The notes beneath the pieces are model-generated. The model did no database searches, was not told where the DNA came from, and saw only the letters and a list, made by a program, of their open reading frames with translations. The translations under genes were made by a program, and so were the position numbers. A DNA stretch of 64,000 nt from Clostridia bacterium (GTDB lineage Bacteria; Bacillota; Clostridia; Christensenellales; Aristaeellaceae), in contig JAFYFC010000040.1 of the NCBI GenBank assembly GCA_017543905.1, forward strand, positions 114,824 through 178,823, read 5' to 3'. Of the stretch, positions 22,006 through 31,730 are shown one piece after another (position 1 is the first letter of the stretch; every line of letters starts with the position of its first letter).

Positions 22006-24441
22006 TTATACTTCCGTATGCACGAACTTCAGCTTATCGCCGTCTGGCAGCATCCTGACGCGCTGGCCGAGGGCTATGTTTCCCGACAGGATTTCTTCGC
22101 TGAGCGCGTCCTCCACGAGACGCTGTATAGAGCGTCTTAACGGGCGCGCGCCGTACTGCAGATCGTAGCCCGCCTTCGCGGCTACCTGCGCCGCCTCGTT
22201 CGTCACCTCGAGCTCTATGCCGCGCTCCTTTATGCGCTTGGCGACGTCGTTCATCATGTGCAGCGCAATTTTGTTTATGTGCTCCTGCTCGAGGGCGTGG
22301 AACACGATTATCTCGTCCACGCGGTTTATAAACTCGGGGCGAAAGGTCTTTTTGACCTCTCCCATGACCGCTTCCTTCATGCTCTCGTAGCTCTTTTCGC
22401 TCTCCGCCGCGCTGCCGAAGCCCACCGAGCGCTGCTTGCCTATGGTGCGCGCGCCGGTGTTTGAGGTCATGACGATTATGCAGTTTTTAAAGTCCACCAC
22501 ACGTCCCTGTCCGTCCGTGAGGCGGCCGTCCTCAAGCACCTGCAGGAGTATATTGAATACGTCCGGGTGCGCCTTTTCGATCTCGTCCAGTAGCAGCACG
22601 CTGTAGGGCTTGCGCCTGACCTTTTCGGTAAGCTGTCCGCCCTCGTCGTAGCCCACGTAGCCGGGCGGCGAGCCTATCATGCGCGAAACAGAGAACTTCT
22701 CCATATATTCGGACATGTCCACGCGCACGACGCAGTTTTCGTCTCCGAACAACGCTTCGCCCAGCGCCTTGCACAGCTCCGTTTTGCCCACACCAGTCGG
22801 ACCGAGGAAAATGAACGAGCCGATCGGGCGGCGAGGGTCCTTGAGCCCCGCGCGCGCCCTTCTGACGGCGCGCGACACCGCCTTTATCGCCTCCTCCTGC
22901 CCCACCACGCGGCGGTGCAGTATCTCCTCCATGTTAAGCAGCCGCGCGGCCTCGTCCTCCGTCATCTGCGATACGGGGATGCCCGTCCAGATGGACACGA
23001 CCTGCGTGATCTCCTCTTCGTTTACGGTTTCGAGCTTTTCGAGGCGCTGCTTTTCCCAGTCCTTTTTCATGTCCTCCATCTGTCTGGTAAGCTGCTTTTT
23101 GCTGTCGCGCTTGTCGGCGGCGAGCTCGAAATTCTCGTCCGCTACGGCGCGGCGTATCTCCTCGTCCAGCTCCTCCAGCCGCTTTTGCTGCTCGAGCATG
23201 TCCGGCGGGGCCGAAAACGTGCGTATGCGCACGCGCGAAGCCGCCTCGTCCAGCAGGTCTATCGCCTTGTCCGGCAGGAACCTGTCGGATATGTAGCGGG
23301 AGGACAGGCGCACCGCCGCCTCTATCGCGTCGTCGGTTATGCGCACGTGGTGATGGTTTTCATATCTTTCGCGCAGTCCCTTGAGTATCTCTACGCTTTC
23401 GTCCTTGCCGGGCTCGCCGACTGTAACGGGCTGAAAGCGGCGTTCGAGCGCGGTGTCCTTTTCTATGTATTTATGATATTCCCTCAAGGTGGTGGCGCCG
23501 ATGCACTTTATGTCGCCGTTTGAGAGCGCGGGCTTCATAATCGCGGCGGCGTCTATCGAGCTTTCGCCCGCGCCCGCGCCGACGATCGTGTGTATCTCGT
23601 CTATGAAGAGTATGACGTTGCCTGAGGTTTTGACCTCGTTTATCATGTCCTTCAGGCGTTCCTCGAACTCGCCGCGGTACTTCGCGCCCGCAAGCATCCC
23701 GGGGATGTCCAGCGAAAGTATGCGCATGCCGTTCAGTATTCCCGGTATGCTGCCGTCGCTTATGCGCTGCGCAAGCCCCTGCGCGATCGAGGACTTGCCC
23801 ACGCCCGGCTCGCCTATGAGCACGGGATTGTTTTTCGTGCGGCGGGAGAGTATCTGTATTATGCGCTCCATCTCGGCGTCCCTGCCGATAACGGGATCGA
23901 GCTCGCCGTTCGCGGCGGCAGATACGAGATCGCGCGCGTATTTGTCCAGCATCGGCGTAGGCCCCTTGCCCCCGCGCGCGTTTTCCTGTATTCCCGCGTA
24001 TTGCTTCGGCTTTTTGCCGCCCAGTGCGCTTATCAGTTCCTCGCGCGCCTTGTTTAAATCAAGCCCCATTTTGGTAAGCGTATGCGCCGCCACACCCGCG
24101 CGCTCGCGCATAAGCGCCAGAAGGATATGCTCAGTGTCTATATAATCCTGCCCCAGCTCACGCGCCTCGCGCGCGCTGGCTTCGATAACGGTTTTGGAAC
24201 GTATGGTGTATATAAGTTCGCTCGGATCGGGCGTGTCCTCTCCCCTGCCGACCAGCTGGATTATTTCGCTTCTGGCGTCCTCGAGCGTTATGCCTTCAAG
24301 CACGATCGACGCCTTGCCCGGATCGTTCAATATACCCAGAAGCAAATGCTCTGTGCCTATATAGCTTCTGCCCATCAGAGCCGCTTCGCGTTTGGCGGCC
24401 TCCAGCGCTTTATTTCCGTGTTCGTTGCATCTTGCCAGCAT
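22006..24441 (-). CDS. clpC: ATP-dependent Clp protease ATP-binding subunit ClpC
   Basis: 811 aa: Clp_N repeats, two Walker A motifs (GEPGVGKS, GPTGVGKT), UVR-like middle domain, GARPLRR. Confidence 0.95.
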   Translation of the reverse strand: MLARCNEHGNKALEAAKREAALMGRSYIGTEHLLLGILNDPGKASIVLEGITLEDARSEIIQLVGRGEDTPDPSELIYTIRSKTVIEASAREARELGQDYIDTEHILLALMRERAGVAAHTLTKMGLDLNKAREELISALGGKKPKQYAGIQENARGGKGPTPMLDKYARDLVSAAANGELDPVIGRDAEMERIIQILSRRTKNNPVLIGEPGVGKSSIAQGLAQRISDGSIPGILNGMRILSLDIPGMLAGAKYRGEFEERLKDMINEVKTSGNVILFIDEIHTIVGAGAGESSIDAAAIMKPALSNGDIKCIGATTLREYHKYIEKDTALERRFQPVTVGEPGKDESVEILKGLRERYENHHHVRITDDAIEAAVRLSSRYISDRFLPDKAIDLLDEAASRVRIRTFSAPPDMLEQQKRLEELDEEIRRAVADENFELAADKRDSKKQLTRQMEDMKKDWEKQRLEKLETVNEEEITQVVSIWTGIPVSQMTEDEAARLLNMEEILHRRVVGQEEAIKAVSRAVRRARAGLKDPRRPIGSFIFLGPTGVGKTELCKALGEALFGDENCVVRVDMSEYMEKFSVSRMIGSPPGYVGYDEGGQLTEKVRRKPYSVLLLDEIEKAHPDVFNILLQVLEDGRLTDGQGRVVDFKNCIIVMTSNTGARTIGKQRSVGFGSAAESEKSYESMKEAVMGEVKKTFRPEFINRVDEIIVFHALEQEHINKIALHMMNDVAKRIKERGIELEVTNEAAQVAAKAGYDLQYGARPLRRSIQRLVEDALSEEILSGNIALGQRVRMLPDGDKLKFVHTEV

Positions 24442-24453
24442 ATTTTCACTCCG

Positions 24454-25485
24454 TCATATGTACTTAGGGCGTATGCTCTCCGTCAGCATACGTCCGGTTT
24501 CGTCCGCGCGTATTATTTCCTCGTCGCGTTTGCTTATGTCCCCGTACGCCGCGTGCAGACGCTCCGGCGACATATCCGCCATAAACGCGTCCAGCGCTTT
24601 ATAATCGCCCGCCAGAAAGCCGTCCGCAAGGCCCGCGCGCAGGTCCGAATACATCTCTGCAAGCTCCTCGTAGCCCAGCAGGCGGGCGTGCGTGAGTATG
24701 CCGAGCGAGCGCATCACGTCGTCTGCGAACGCGTCCGTGTCGTCGTCTATATGCTCGCACCTTGCGCTGCGTTCGAGCAGCGCCGCCTCCGCTATGGCCT
24801 CGTTTGCCTGCGCGAGCGCGTCCTGCTCGCTTATGCCCAGCTGCTGCTGAGTGTAGGCGCAGAAAAACTCACAGCCATCGCTCCCGTCGTCGTCCGCAAA
24901 CAGCGGCGCTAAAGCCATATGCCTGCCGCCGAGCAGCTTTTCGCACTCGTTTATGCGTTCGAGACGCTTGAGCCCGTACAGGTGCAATAGAAAAACCGCC
25001 GTGAGCGCGTTCCCCGTGCGGCGTATTTCCGAAACGAGATAGCCGCGGTTTTTGTCGAACGCAAATCCGCCCGCGGACGCGAGCGCGCTCTCTGCCGGGC
25101 GGCATAGCGCGTAGGCGGAACGCGCGTCGCAGCCGGATACATACGCGCTTACGTTTATGTGGTCGCCGCGCATCAGCGTTACCCGTACGCGCCCCGACGT
25201 GCCTATCGCCGCGCTTTCGTCGCCGCGCGCCTCGCCGGGTGCTGAAAACGCCGCTTTTTCAATCAGGTCTCCCAGCGAATACGACGCGTCCTCGTCAAGT
25301 ACGCGCCTTTCGCCGAGCGCGCCCGGCAGCTCGCTTTCAAGCGCAGCGTACGCGCGCTGCCTGATTTCTGTTTTGTGTTCCTCAGTCAGCTTTTGTGTGA
25401 ACGCGTATCCCGCGTAATTGCGCTTCACGTTCACGCCGCAGGCGAGCACTACGTCGCTCAGATCGTTTTCGTCCGGTTTTATCAT
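24454..25485 (-). CDS. mcsB: Protein arginine kinase McsB
   Basis: 343 aa, phosphagen-kinase-like core (NEDHI-equivalent RGDHINV, SNLGTG-like IRRTGNAL). Located between mcsA and clpC. The ATG lies 1 nt after the mcsA stop. Confidence 0.8.
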   Translation of the reverse strand: MIKPDENDLSDVVLACGVNVKRNYAGYAFTQKLTEEHKTEIRQRAYAALESELPGALGERRVLDEDASYSLGDLIEKAAFSAPGEARGDESAAIGTSGRVRVTLMRGDHINVSAYVSGCDARSAYALCRPAESALASAGGFAFDKNRGYLVSEIRRTGNALTAVFLLHLYGLKRLERINECEKLLGGRHMALAPLFADDDGSDGCEFFCAYTQQQLGISEQDALAQANEAIAEAALLERSARCEHIDDDTDAFADDVMRSLGILTHARLLGYEELAEMYSDLRAGLADGFLAGDYKALDAFMADMSPERLHAAYGDISKRDEEIIRADETGRMLTESIRPKYI

Positions 25486-25486
25486 G

Positions 25487-25999
25487 CTACGCCTGCCTGC
25501 CCTCCAGCTCGCGAATACTGTCGCGGATAAGCGCGGCGCTCTCGTAATCCTCTTCGCCTATCGCCTTGGCGAGCTGCTCGCGCAGCTTTTTGAGCTTGTA
25601 GATTTCCGCATTCACGCCCTCTCCACCGTCGGGGTCTCTGCCGGTATAAACGGCCGTGCCGTTGCCTCTGACCAGCGCTTCCTCTATAGGCTCGTGAAAT
25701 TCCTTATAGCATTCGGGGCAGCCCACGCAGCCGGTTTTGCGGATATCGTCCCAGCTGCTGCCGCAGACCGCGCACGTGCCTTCGTAGGTCTCCGTTTCGC
25801 GCGCCCGCCGTGAGGACTGCAGCATATTGATAAGCTCGCTTATAAAGCCGGTAACGTCCAGGGCGCGAATTCCGTTCCTGCCGGCGCGCAGTTTGTTTAC
25901 GCACTCGCTGCAGAGCATACGGTCAGTGCCGCTCCCGTCGGGCGCTATCATATGTATTTGTACGGCGGCCTCGTTTTTGCCGCATTCTTCGCACAGCAT
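25487..25999 (-). CDS. mcsA: McsA (zinc-finger/UVR domain activator of McsB)
   Basis: I prefer ATG 25999 (MLCEECGKNEA.., RBS GGAGG 7 nt upstream). CxxC pairs CEECG, CSECV, CAVCG, CPEC. C-terminal UVR motif LKKLREQLAKAIGEEDYESAALIRD. Confidence 0.8.
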   Translation of the reverse strand: MLCEECGKNEAAVQIHMIAPDGSGTDRMLCSECVNKLRAGRNGIRALDVTGFISELINMLQSSRRARETETYEGTCAVCGSSWDDIRKTGCVGCPECYKEFHEPIEEALVRGNGTAVYTGRDPDGGEGVNAEIYKLKKLREQLAKAIGEEDYESAALIRDSIRELEGRQA

Positions 26000-26001
26000 C
26001 G

Positions 26002-26466
26002 TCAATCCTCCCGCAGGTTTTTGAAAACCTGCACAAGCGCGTTTTTAAGTATCTGAGCTCTGAGCATATCGCACGCCCTGCCGGACAAGGCCACGTTGTC
26101 GCATCTTACAGCCGACGCGAGTATCCTCGCTTCGTTCAGGGTGATCAGGCTGAGCTCGTACAATCTGTGGATGATCGCGTTCGCGCTGTCTTTGTCTATC
26201 TCGTCCCCCACGCGCGAAATCAGCACGCTCAGCAGATCGCTGTCCGACTGGGTGATCCTGATCACCTTGACGTAACCGCTGCCTCCGCGGCGCGACTCGA
26301 CTATATAGCCCCTGTCGACCGAAAAGCGCGTGGCGAGCACATAATTTATCTGGCTGGGCGCGCAGCCGAAATGCTGCGCGAGCTCGTTGCGTCTTAATTC
26401 AATTTTGGTATCCTCGTCCATCAGCTGCTTTATAAAACGTTCAATGTTATCGCTGAGAGCCGCCAC
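26002..26466 (-). CDS. ctsR: Class III stress gene repressor CtsR
   Basis: AALSDNIERFIKQLM...LAQHFGCAPSQINYVLATRFSVDRGYIVESRRGGSGYVKV. I prefer the GTG start at 26466 (RBS AGAGGAG 8 nt upstream); 26475 is also possible. The track TTG at 26514 would run through the gene's own operator. Confidence 0.85.
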   Translation of the reverse strand: MAALSDNIERFIKQLMDEDTKIELRRNELAQHFGCAPSQINYVLATRFSVDRGYIVESRRGGSGYVKVIRITQSDSDLLSVLISRVGDEIDKDSANAIIHRLYELSLITLNEARILASAVRCDNVALSGRACDMLRAQILKNALVQVFKNLRED

Positions 26467-26482
26467 ATACGTCACTCCTCTC

Positions 26483-26499
26483 TTTGACCATTTTTGACT
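26483..26499 (-). promoter_or_regulatory. CtsR operator (direct heptad repeat AGTCAAA-AAT-GGTCAAA)
   Basis: The minus strand reads AGTCAAAAATGGTCAAA, matching the (A/G)GTCAAA NAN (A/G)GTCAAA CtsR box. It sits immediately downstream of the -10. Confidence 0.85.
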
Positions 26500-26528
26500 A
26501 TTATATAACAGCAAAAACCAAATTGCAA
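26500..26528 (-). promoter_or_regulatory. Promoter TTGCAA-17-TATAAT of the ctsR operon
   Basis: Minus-strand hexamers at 26528-26523 and 26505-26500, abutting the CtsR box. Confidence 0.7.
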
Positions 26529-26554
26529 GTATTTAAACAAATTATTTACGTTGC

Positions 26555-26583
26555 AAAAAACAGGCCTGTCCGGCGGGCAGACC
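26555..26583 (-). terminator. Intrinsic terminator after mtnN
   Basis: Minus strand GGTCTGCCC-GCC-GGACAGGCC (9 positions: 7 Watson-Crick pairs, one G-U wobble, one mismatch) followed by TGTTTTTT. Confidence 0.65.
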
Positions 26584-26605
26584 GTCTTAGTGCCGTTTGA
26601 GTGTT

Positions 26606-27289
26606 TCAGGCGCCGAGGTATTCCATAAGTACCTTTACGGACATTTTCGCGGCCTTACCGGCAAACTCCGTATAGCTCATGCCCGCGTCCTCGTCCGCGC
26701 CGTCGGATACCGCGCGCAGTATGGCGCAGGGCTTTTTGAACATATAGCACGCGTGCGCGATCGCCGCGCCCTCCATTTCGCAGATGCGGCAGGAGAAGGT
26801 ATCGCGTATATAGCTTTTATCCTCGGCTTTGCATACGAAGCGGTCTCCGCTGGCGACGCCGCCGCGCTTCGGCTGCACGCCCGCGCGCTGCATAGCCGCG
26901 CAGAGCCGGGCAGAGAGTTCTTCGTCTACCGGAAAGCGCAGCGTATTTACCGTGCTCACAAAGCCCGGCGGGTCCCCAAGCGCCGTGGTATCCATATCGT
27001 GCTGCACGGCATATTCCGCGCATACCACGTCGCAGACGTGTAATTCTTTATCCAGCGCGCCGCCCACGCCGGTATTGATTATTTCGTCGGGATCGTATTT
27101 AAGTATCATCGTGCCTGCGCACACTGCGGCGTTGACCTTGCCTATACCGCAGACCGCGCACACGACGTCCTTGCTGCTTATGCTCCCGCTGACGAAGCGT
27201 ATCCCGGCGATTTCCTCGCTCATGGGTTTCTTTATATGCGCAAGCAGCCCCTCGAGCTCCTTGTCCATTGCCGCGATTATTCCGGTCAT
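26606..27289 (-). CDS. mtnN: 5'-methylthioadenosine/S-adenosylhomocysteine nucleosidase
   Basis: I prefer ATG 27289 (MTGIIAAMDKELEGL.., RBS GGAGGAAAAGGC). GIGKVNAA, ASGDRFV, CEMEGAAIA. ATGA overlap with the luxS stop. Confidence 0.85.
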   Translation of the reverse strand: MTGIIAAMDKELEGLLAHIKKPMSEEIAGIRFVSGSISSKDVVCAVCGIGKVNAAVCAGTMILKYDPDEIINTGVGGALDKELHVCDVVCAEYAVQHDMDTTALGDPPGFVSTVNTLRFPVDEELSARLCAAMQRAGVQPKRGGVASGDRFVCKAEDKSYIRDTFSCRICEMEGAAIAHACYMFKKPCAILRAVSDGADEDAGMSYTEFAGKAAKMSVKVLMEYLGA

Positions 27290-27753
27290 GCCTTTTCCTC
27301 CGGATAAGCAAGCTGCGCCTGCGTCCAATCCTTTACGTATTCGAGATAGCGCGCAGCCTCGGTCTTGGCTTTTTCAAGCGAAAGGTTGATGTAATTTCCG
27401 CATTCCAAGCGGCTTGCGCCGAATACCGGGCCGTCATATGCAAGTATCTGCCTGAGCGTATCCTTTATCAGCGTTAACACATTTGCGTCGTCGGCGTTTC
27501 TGACCAGCAGATAAAACCCGGTCTGGCAGCCCATCGGGCCGAAATAGATTATGCTTTCGCCAAGCGCGCTGTTTCGCACGAACGTGGCGAACATATGCTC
27601 CATGCTGTGCATGGCGGCGTTGTCCATAATATCGCCCGTGTTCGGCTTTCTGGTGCGCAGGTCGTATGTGGTTATGTCGCCGTCGACGCGCGAAATATAT
27701 ATGCCGGGCACGATCAAGTCGTGATTTACCGAAAAGCTCGCGATTCTGTTCAT
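27286..27753 (-). CDS. luxS: S-ribosylhomocysteine lyase LuxS
   Basis: 155 aa: metal site HSMEHMFA and GPMGCQTGFY. ATGA overlap with the ispDF stop. Confidence 0.9.
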   Translation of the reverse strand: MNRIASFSVNHDLIVPGIYISRVDGDITTYDLRTRKPNTGDIMDNAAMHSMEHMFATFVRNSALGESIIYFGPMGCQTGFYLLVRNADDANVLTLIKDTLRQILAYDGPVFGASRLECGNYINLSLEKAKTEAARYLEYVKDWTQAQLAYPEEKA

Positions 27754-28913
27754 TGTGTCACCTTCTTTAAAAGCACTGCCGCCTGCGCGGATATGCCCGC
27801 GCCTTCTCCCTCAAAGCCCAGACGCTCCGTCGTGGTGGCCTTTACGCTCACGCGTGAAACATCCGTTTGCAGGCAGATTGCGATATTCTGGCGCATCCTG
27901 TCTATGTACGGCGCAAGCTTAGGCCTTTGGCATACGATGGTTACGTCGCAGTTTTCGAGCGTGAAGCCCGCTTTATTTATCGCCCTGTTGGTTTCTTCGA
28001 GCAATACGAGCGAGGAAATCCCCTCGTATCGGGCGTCCGTATCCGGAAACAGCCTGCCTATATCGCCGAGCGCCGCCGCGCCCAGCATCGCGTCCATCAG
28101 CGCGTGCAGCGCGACGTCGGCGTCGCTGTGTCCCAGCAGCCCTTTTTCATAGGGTATGCATTCTCCGCACAGCACAAGCCTTCTGCCTTCTGTCAATCTG
28201 TGTACGTCGTAGCCTGTGCCTGTGCGGTATTCATAGTTGAATCTTGCTTCCGCAGCCAAGAAGTCCTCCATTACGGTAAGCTTTATGTTGTCCCGCGTAC
28301 CTGCGGCCTCGGTCAGATGCACGTTTCCGTATGCCTTTTCAAACAGATACGCGTCATCCGTAGCGGCGGCGTCGTCCGCGCCGGACGCATATGCGTCAAG
28401 CAGCATTTTATAATTGAACGCCTGAGGCGTCTGCACGCTTCTGAGATACGCGCGGTCGAGCGTACGCACGTGTCCGTCCGCGTCCGTCTGCTTCACGGTA
28501 TCGGTAACGGGCGCAGAAATCACGCCGGATGCGTAGATTTCCGCGTCTTTTATAACGCTCGTGATTATTTCTTCTGTAACGAAGGGACGCGCGGCGTCGT
28601 GCACGAGCACGATATCCGTATCCGCATCCAGCGCCTTGAGCCCCGCGTATACGCTGCGCGCGCGGGTGCTTCCGCCCTGGACCGGCGGCAGCAAAAACGC
28701 GGGCCGGCCTTCGCGCGGCAGAAGCTTTTCATAAGCCTCGAAATCACACGCGTTCAGCACCGGCACGCATATATCTATATGACCTCCGGCCGCCAGCGCG
28801 TCAAGCGTGCGCATGAGCACGCTTTTGCCCGCCAGAGGATAGAATACTTTATTATAGCCCAAACCGGCCCGCTCGCCGCGGCCGGCGGCGACTACGACGC
28901 AGCCGACCTTCAT
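27750..28913 (-). CDS. ispDF: Bifunctional IspD/IspF (MEP cytidylyltransferase / MEcPP synthase)
   Basis: 387 aa. N-terminal VVAAGRGERAG..NKVF..VHDAARP. C-terminal RTGTGYDVHRL..GHSDADVALHALMDAMLGAAALGDIG. Confidence 0.9.
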   Translation of the reverse strand: MKVGCVVVAAGRGERAGLGYNKVFYPLAGKSVLMRTLDALAAGGHIDICVPVLNACDFEAYEKLLPREGRPAFLLPPVQGGSTRARSVYAGLKALDADTDIVLVHDAARPFVTEEIITSVIKDAEIYASGVISAPVTDTVKQTDADGHVRTLDRAYLRSVQTPQAFNYKMLLDAYASGADDAAATDDAYLFEKAYGNVHLTEAAGTRDNIKLTVMEDFLAAEARFNYEYRTGTGYDVHRLTEGRRLVLCGECIPYEKGLLGHSDADVALHALMDAMLGAAALGDIGRLFPDTDARYEGISSLVLLEETNRAINKAGFTLENCDVTIVCQRPKLAPYIDRMRQNIAICLQTDVSRVSVKATTTERLGFEGEGAGISAQAAVLLKKVTQ

Positions 28914-29197
28914 TTGAGCATTCTGTACATTTCGCCCGCTTCGTCCTTGCGGGCGTGCTCGTTCAAGCTGAGCACTTCGAAGTCGTTTGCCGATTCGCCG
29001 AAGCGCAGCGTTATCACGTCTCCGACCTTAAGCCTGAGGCCGGGCTTCGCGGGACGGCCGTTAACGGATACATGATCCGTATCGCACGCGTCGTTTGCGA
29101 CGCTCCTGCGCTTTATTATGCGCGAAACCTTCAGAAACTTGTCAAGCCTCATGCCCGCCTCTCCCTGCGGAGAAGCGGGCCTGTCCTTATTTGCCAT
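28910..29197 (-). CDS. S4 domain RNA-binding protein (YabO/Hsp15-like)
   Basis: 95 aa: MRLDKFLKVSRIIKRRSVANDACDTDHVSVNGRPAKPGLRLKVGDVI. Confidence 0.75.
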   Translation of the reverse strand: MANKDRPASPQGEAGMRLDKFLKVSRIIKRRSVANDACDTDHVSVNGRPAKPGLRLKVGDVITLRFGESANDFEVLSLNEHARKDEAGEMYRMLK

Positions 29198-29222
29198 TTA
29201 AGCGGTTTTCTCCTGCCTAAGC

Positions 29223-29492
29223 TCAGAACTTCTTGGCGTAAGCCTTGCTGAAGGTGAACACGGGCTTTTTGTGCGCCTTGATGGTTATCTTCTTGCCGGT
29301 TGCGGGATTGCGCGCCTCGCGCTGCTTGACTTCCTTCACGGCAAAGGTGCCGAAGCCCAGCAGGTTTACGTTACCGCCGTTCTCGAGCTCGGCTTTGACA
29401 GTCTCCTCCAGCGCGTCAAGTATAGCCTTGGTCTGGGTCTTCGGCAGAGCGATCTTCTGCGCAAGTGCTGCTGTAAGTTCGGTTCTATTCAT
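29223..29492 (-). CDS. hup: HU family DNA-binding protein
   Basis: 89 aa: MNRTELTAALA...LLGFGTFAVKEVKQREARNPATGKKITIKAHKKPVF. Confidence 0.9.
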   Translation of the reverse strand: MNRTELTAALAQKIALPKTQTKAILDALEETVKAELENGGNVNLLGFGTFAVKEVKQREARNPATGKKITIKAHKKPVFTFSKAYAKKF

Positions 29493-30312
29493 AACTGGTA
29501 TCTCCTTCTTTTATAATCTGCGCCGCAAGTCTGGTTATGTCGCTCAGCGTATATTCTCCGTGAGCCTCTCCGGCACAAATATATTCTACCATACTGATCA
29601 TATGCTTTGCAACCGTTTCTTCGGCTTCAGGAACACATTCTGTATGCTTTTTTCGTAAAAATAAACGTTTTAAGGACTCAAAATCGTAAAATTCCGCGTC
29701 TTCTGCGTCCGCAGGCGGATTCACGAGGCACGCGCAGCGGTGATCGTAGCTTTTGAGTCTGTCCAGATTTTCAAGCGGCAGGCTTATTATCCTGCCCTCC
29801 GGCAGACGCACGAACGCCTGCGCGCCGTCCCCGAACACTTCGGACAGGCGGAGCTTGACCTCTCCCGCCAGCAGACGGTTGTCGATCTCGGCGGCGAGCA
29901 CGCCTGTGAACGCAGGGATGTCGGCGTATGCGATATCCTGCGCGCTTATGCGCATCAGAGTCTCCCCTGCACGCAGCTCGAGCCCCGCGTATATGCCGCC
30001 TCCGACGACATGCGTGTCCGGGTGCAGACGCAGATACGCCGCGGCGGTTTTGTCAGAGGTATCCAGCACGCAAAACACGCTGTTCTCTTGCGCGTTTTCC
30101 AGGCAGTCAAGGCACAGGCGTATGTGCTCGTCAAAGCTGTCTGCACGCTCGTAAAGCTCGTCGAGCGTAGTAAACTCTCTGCCCGCTGCCTTTAGATACT
30201 CACCCAGCGCGCAGCGTCCGGTATGAAGTATGATACTCTCCGCCCTGTCAAGCGCTTCGAGCGCATCCTGCGTCATATCTCCCATTTCGAAGCCGGAAAC
30301 CAAGATCAGCAT
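29485..30312 (-). CDS. Tetrapyrrole-methylase-like (YabN N-terminal-like) protein lacking a MazG domain
   Basis: 275 aa: ILVSGFEMGDMTQDALEALDRAESIILHTGRCALGEYL, with gene order like Bacillus yabN-yabO. I see no EExxE MazG helices in the C-terminal half. Confidence 0.5.
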   Translation of the reverse strand: MLILVSGFEMGDMTQDALEALDRAESIILHTGRCALGEYLKAAGREFTTLDELYERADSFDEHIRLCLDCLENAQENSVFCVLDTSDKTAAAYLRLHPDTHVVGGGIYAGLELRAGETLMRISAQDIAYADIPAFTGVLAAEIDNRLLAGEVKLRLSEVFGDGAQAFVRLPEGRIISLPLENLDRLKSYDHRCACLVNPPADAEDAEFYDFESLKRLFLRKKHTECVPEAEETVAKHMISMVEYICAGEAHGEYTLSDITRLAAQIIKEGDTSYE

Positions 30313-30342
30313 GTCGTACCTCTTTCGCTGCTTCGGCTGCGT

Positions 30343-31620
30343 CTACGCCGGCAGCGCGTCCGTTTCTATAAGCGTGCAGACGCTGTCTGCAAATACGCTG
30401 TCCGCCCACGCGAACCATTCGCGCGTGAACTTTTCAGGCTTATTGGGGTCGAAGCTCTCGTGCATGCGCCCGGTACCCGCGTGGGTCGAAATCAGCATGC
30501 GCAGCGTCTGCTCCGCTTCATCGCGCGACTCCGCAGTCATCATGCGCGCGCACAGCGCCAGCGGCCAGATATAGCCCTCCGGAGTATGCGGACTGCCTAC
30601 GCCGCGCGCGTATGCGCCCTCGTAATAATACTTATTGTCGGGGCTTAGCACGAACGCGCGCGTATTCCGGTAAAGCGTATCGTCTTTTCCGCATATTCCA
30701 AACAGCGGCAGCGAGAGCAGGCTGGGCATGTTGGCGTCGTCCATAAGCACGTGCTGTCCAAGCCCGTCCGTTTCGTATGCGTATATGCGGCCGCAGCGTT
30801 TATGCTCGACGAGGGCGTATTTTTGTATGCCCTCGTGTATGCCGGAAGCCAGCGCGCGGCATTTTGCGGCGTATGCCGCGTCGCCTTTGGCTTCGAACAC
30901 TCGCGCCGCGAAGCCCATCACCTTTTTCGCCAGGAGATTTGAATATACCGGATAATGCAACGCGCATCTGTCGTCGCTGGGGCGGAAGCCGCTCCATACC
31001 ATGCCGGTGTAGCCCACTTGCGCTCCGTGACCGCCGTTGTCCAGCGTGTCCCGGCTGCCCGAGCGCAGGAAATAGTACTCGCTGCGTTCGTGACGCGTTT
31101 CGAGCTCGCACAGATCGACTATTGTTTTTAGCGCGCGCATATATGTGTCCGTCGCAAACGAGAGATCGCCCGTCTTTTCGTAATACCTGCCCGCAAGATG
31201 CAGCGGCCAGCACAGCGAGTCGAGCTCGTACTTGCGCTCCCACACCTGATCTCCGGGCGCGGGCGTGTCTTTGTTGGCATGACAATGCCTGCCGTTGGCG
31301 CTTATGTTGAACGAGTTGGCGTACGGATCGACGAGTATCAGGCGCGCCTGAGTTTCGAGCAGACGCTTTATCGCGTCCGCGACATACGCGTCGTCCGCAA
31401 AGCGCACGTAATGCATAAGCTGCGCACTCGAATCCCGCAGCCACATCGCGGGTATGTCGCCTGTTATCACGAACAGACCGCCGTCCTCGGTGGGCGTGAG
31501 CGTGGTGTCGCAGGTGCACATGAAGCACGAGCGGAACATCTCCGCGTCGACTATGCTCCCCTTAAGCGCGTCTGTATACGGCTTAAGTCTTTCGTTAAGC
31601 ACGTTTGAAAGCGAGCGCAT
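30343..31620 (-). CDS. Glycoside hydrolase family 125 (exo-alpha-1,6-mannosidase-like, DUF1237)
   Basis: I prefer ATG 31620 (MRSLSNVL.., RBS AGAGGTG). TGDIPAMWLRDSSAQL, WERKYELDSL, 425 aa. Confidence 0.8.
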   Translation of the reverse strand: MRSLSNVLNERLKPYTDALKGSIVDAEMFRSCFMCTCDTTLTPTEDGGLFVITGDIPAMWLRDSSAQLMHYVRFADDAYVADAIKRLLETQARLILVDPYANSFNISANGRHCHANKDTPAPGDQVWERKYELDSLCWPLHLAGRYYEKTGDLSFATDTYMRALKTIVDLCELETRHERSEYYFLRSGSRDTLDNGGHGAQVGYTGMVWSGFRPSDDRCALHYPVYSNLLAKKVMGFAARVFEAKGDAAYAAKCRALASGIHEGIQKYALVEHKRCGRIYAYETDGLGQHVLMDDANMPSLLSLPLFGICGKDDTLYRNTRAFVLSPDNKYYYEGAYARGVGSPHTPEGYIWPLALCARMMTAESRDEAEQTLRMLISTHAGTGRMHESFDPNKPEKFTREWFAWADSVFADSVCTLIETDALPA

Positions 31621-31677
31621 GAAAATCACCTCTTGCACATTGTTTTCAGGGCACGGAGCGCTGCGCAGATCCGGATG

Positions 31678-31710
31678 ATTGAAACGAAGCTATTTTCATT
31701 TCAACCGGGT
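31678..31710. repeat. Degenerate solo copy of the repeat-family opening hairpin
   Basis: GATTGAAACGAAGCTATTTTCATTTCAACCGGG compared with GATTGAAATGAAGCTGCGCTTCATTTCAATCGGG at 14815. Confidence 0.55.
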
Positions 31711-31730
31711 ATCTGCCGGGCACATCCGTT

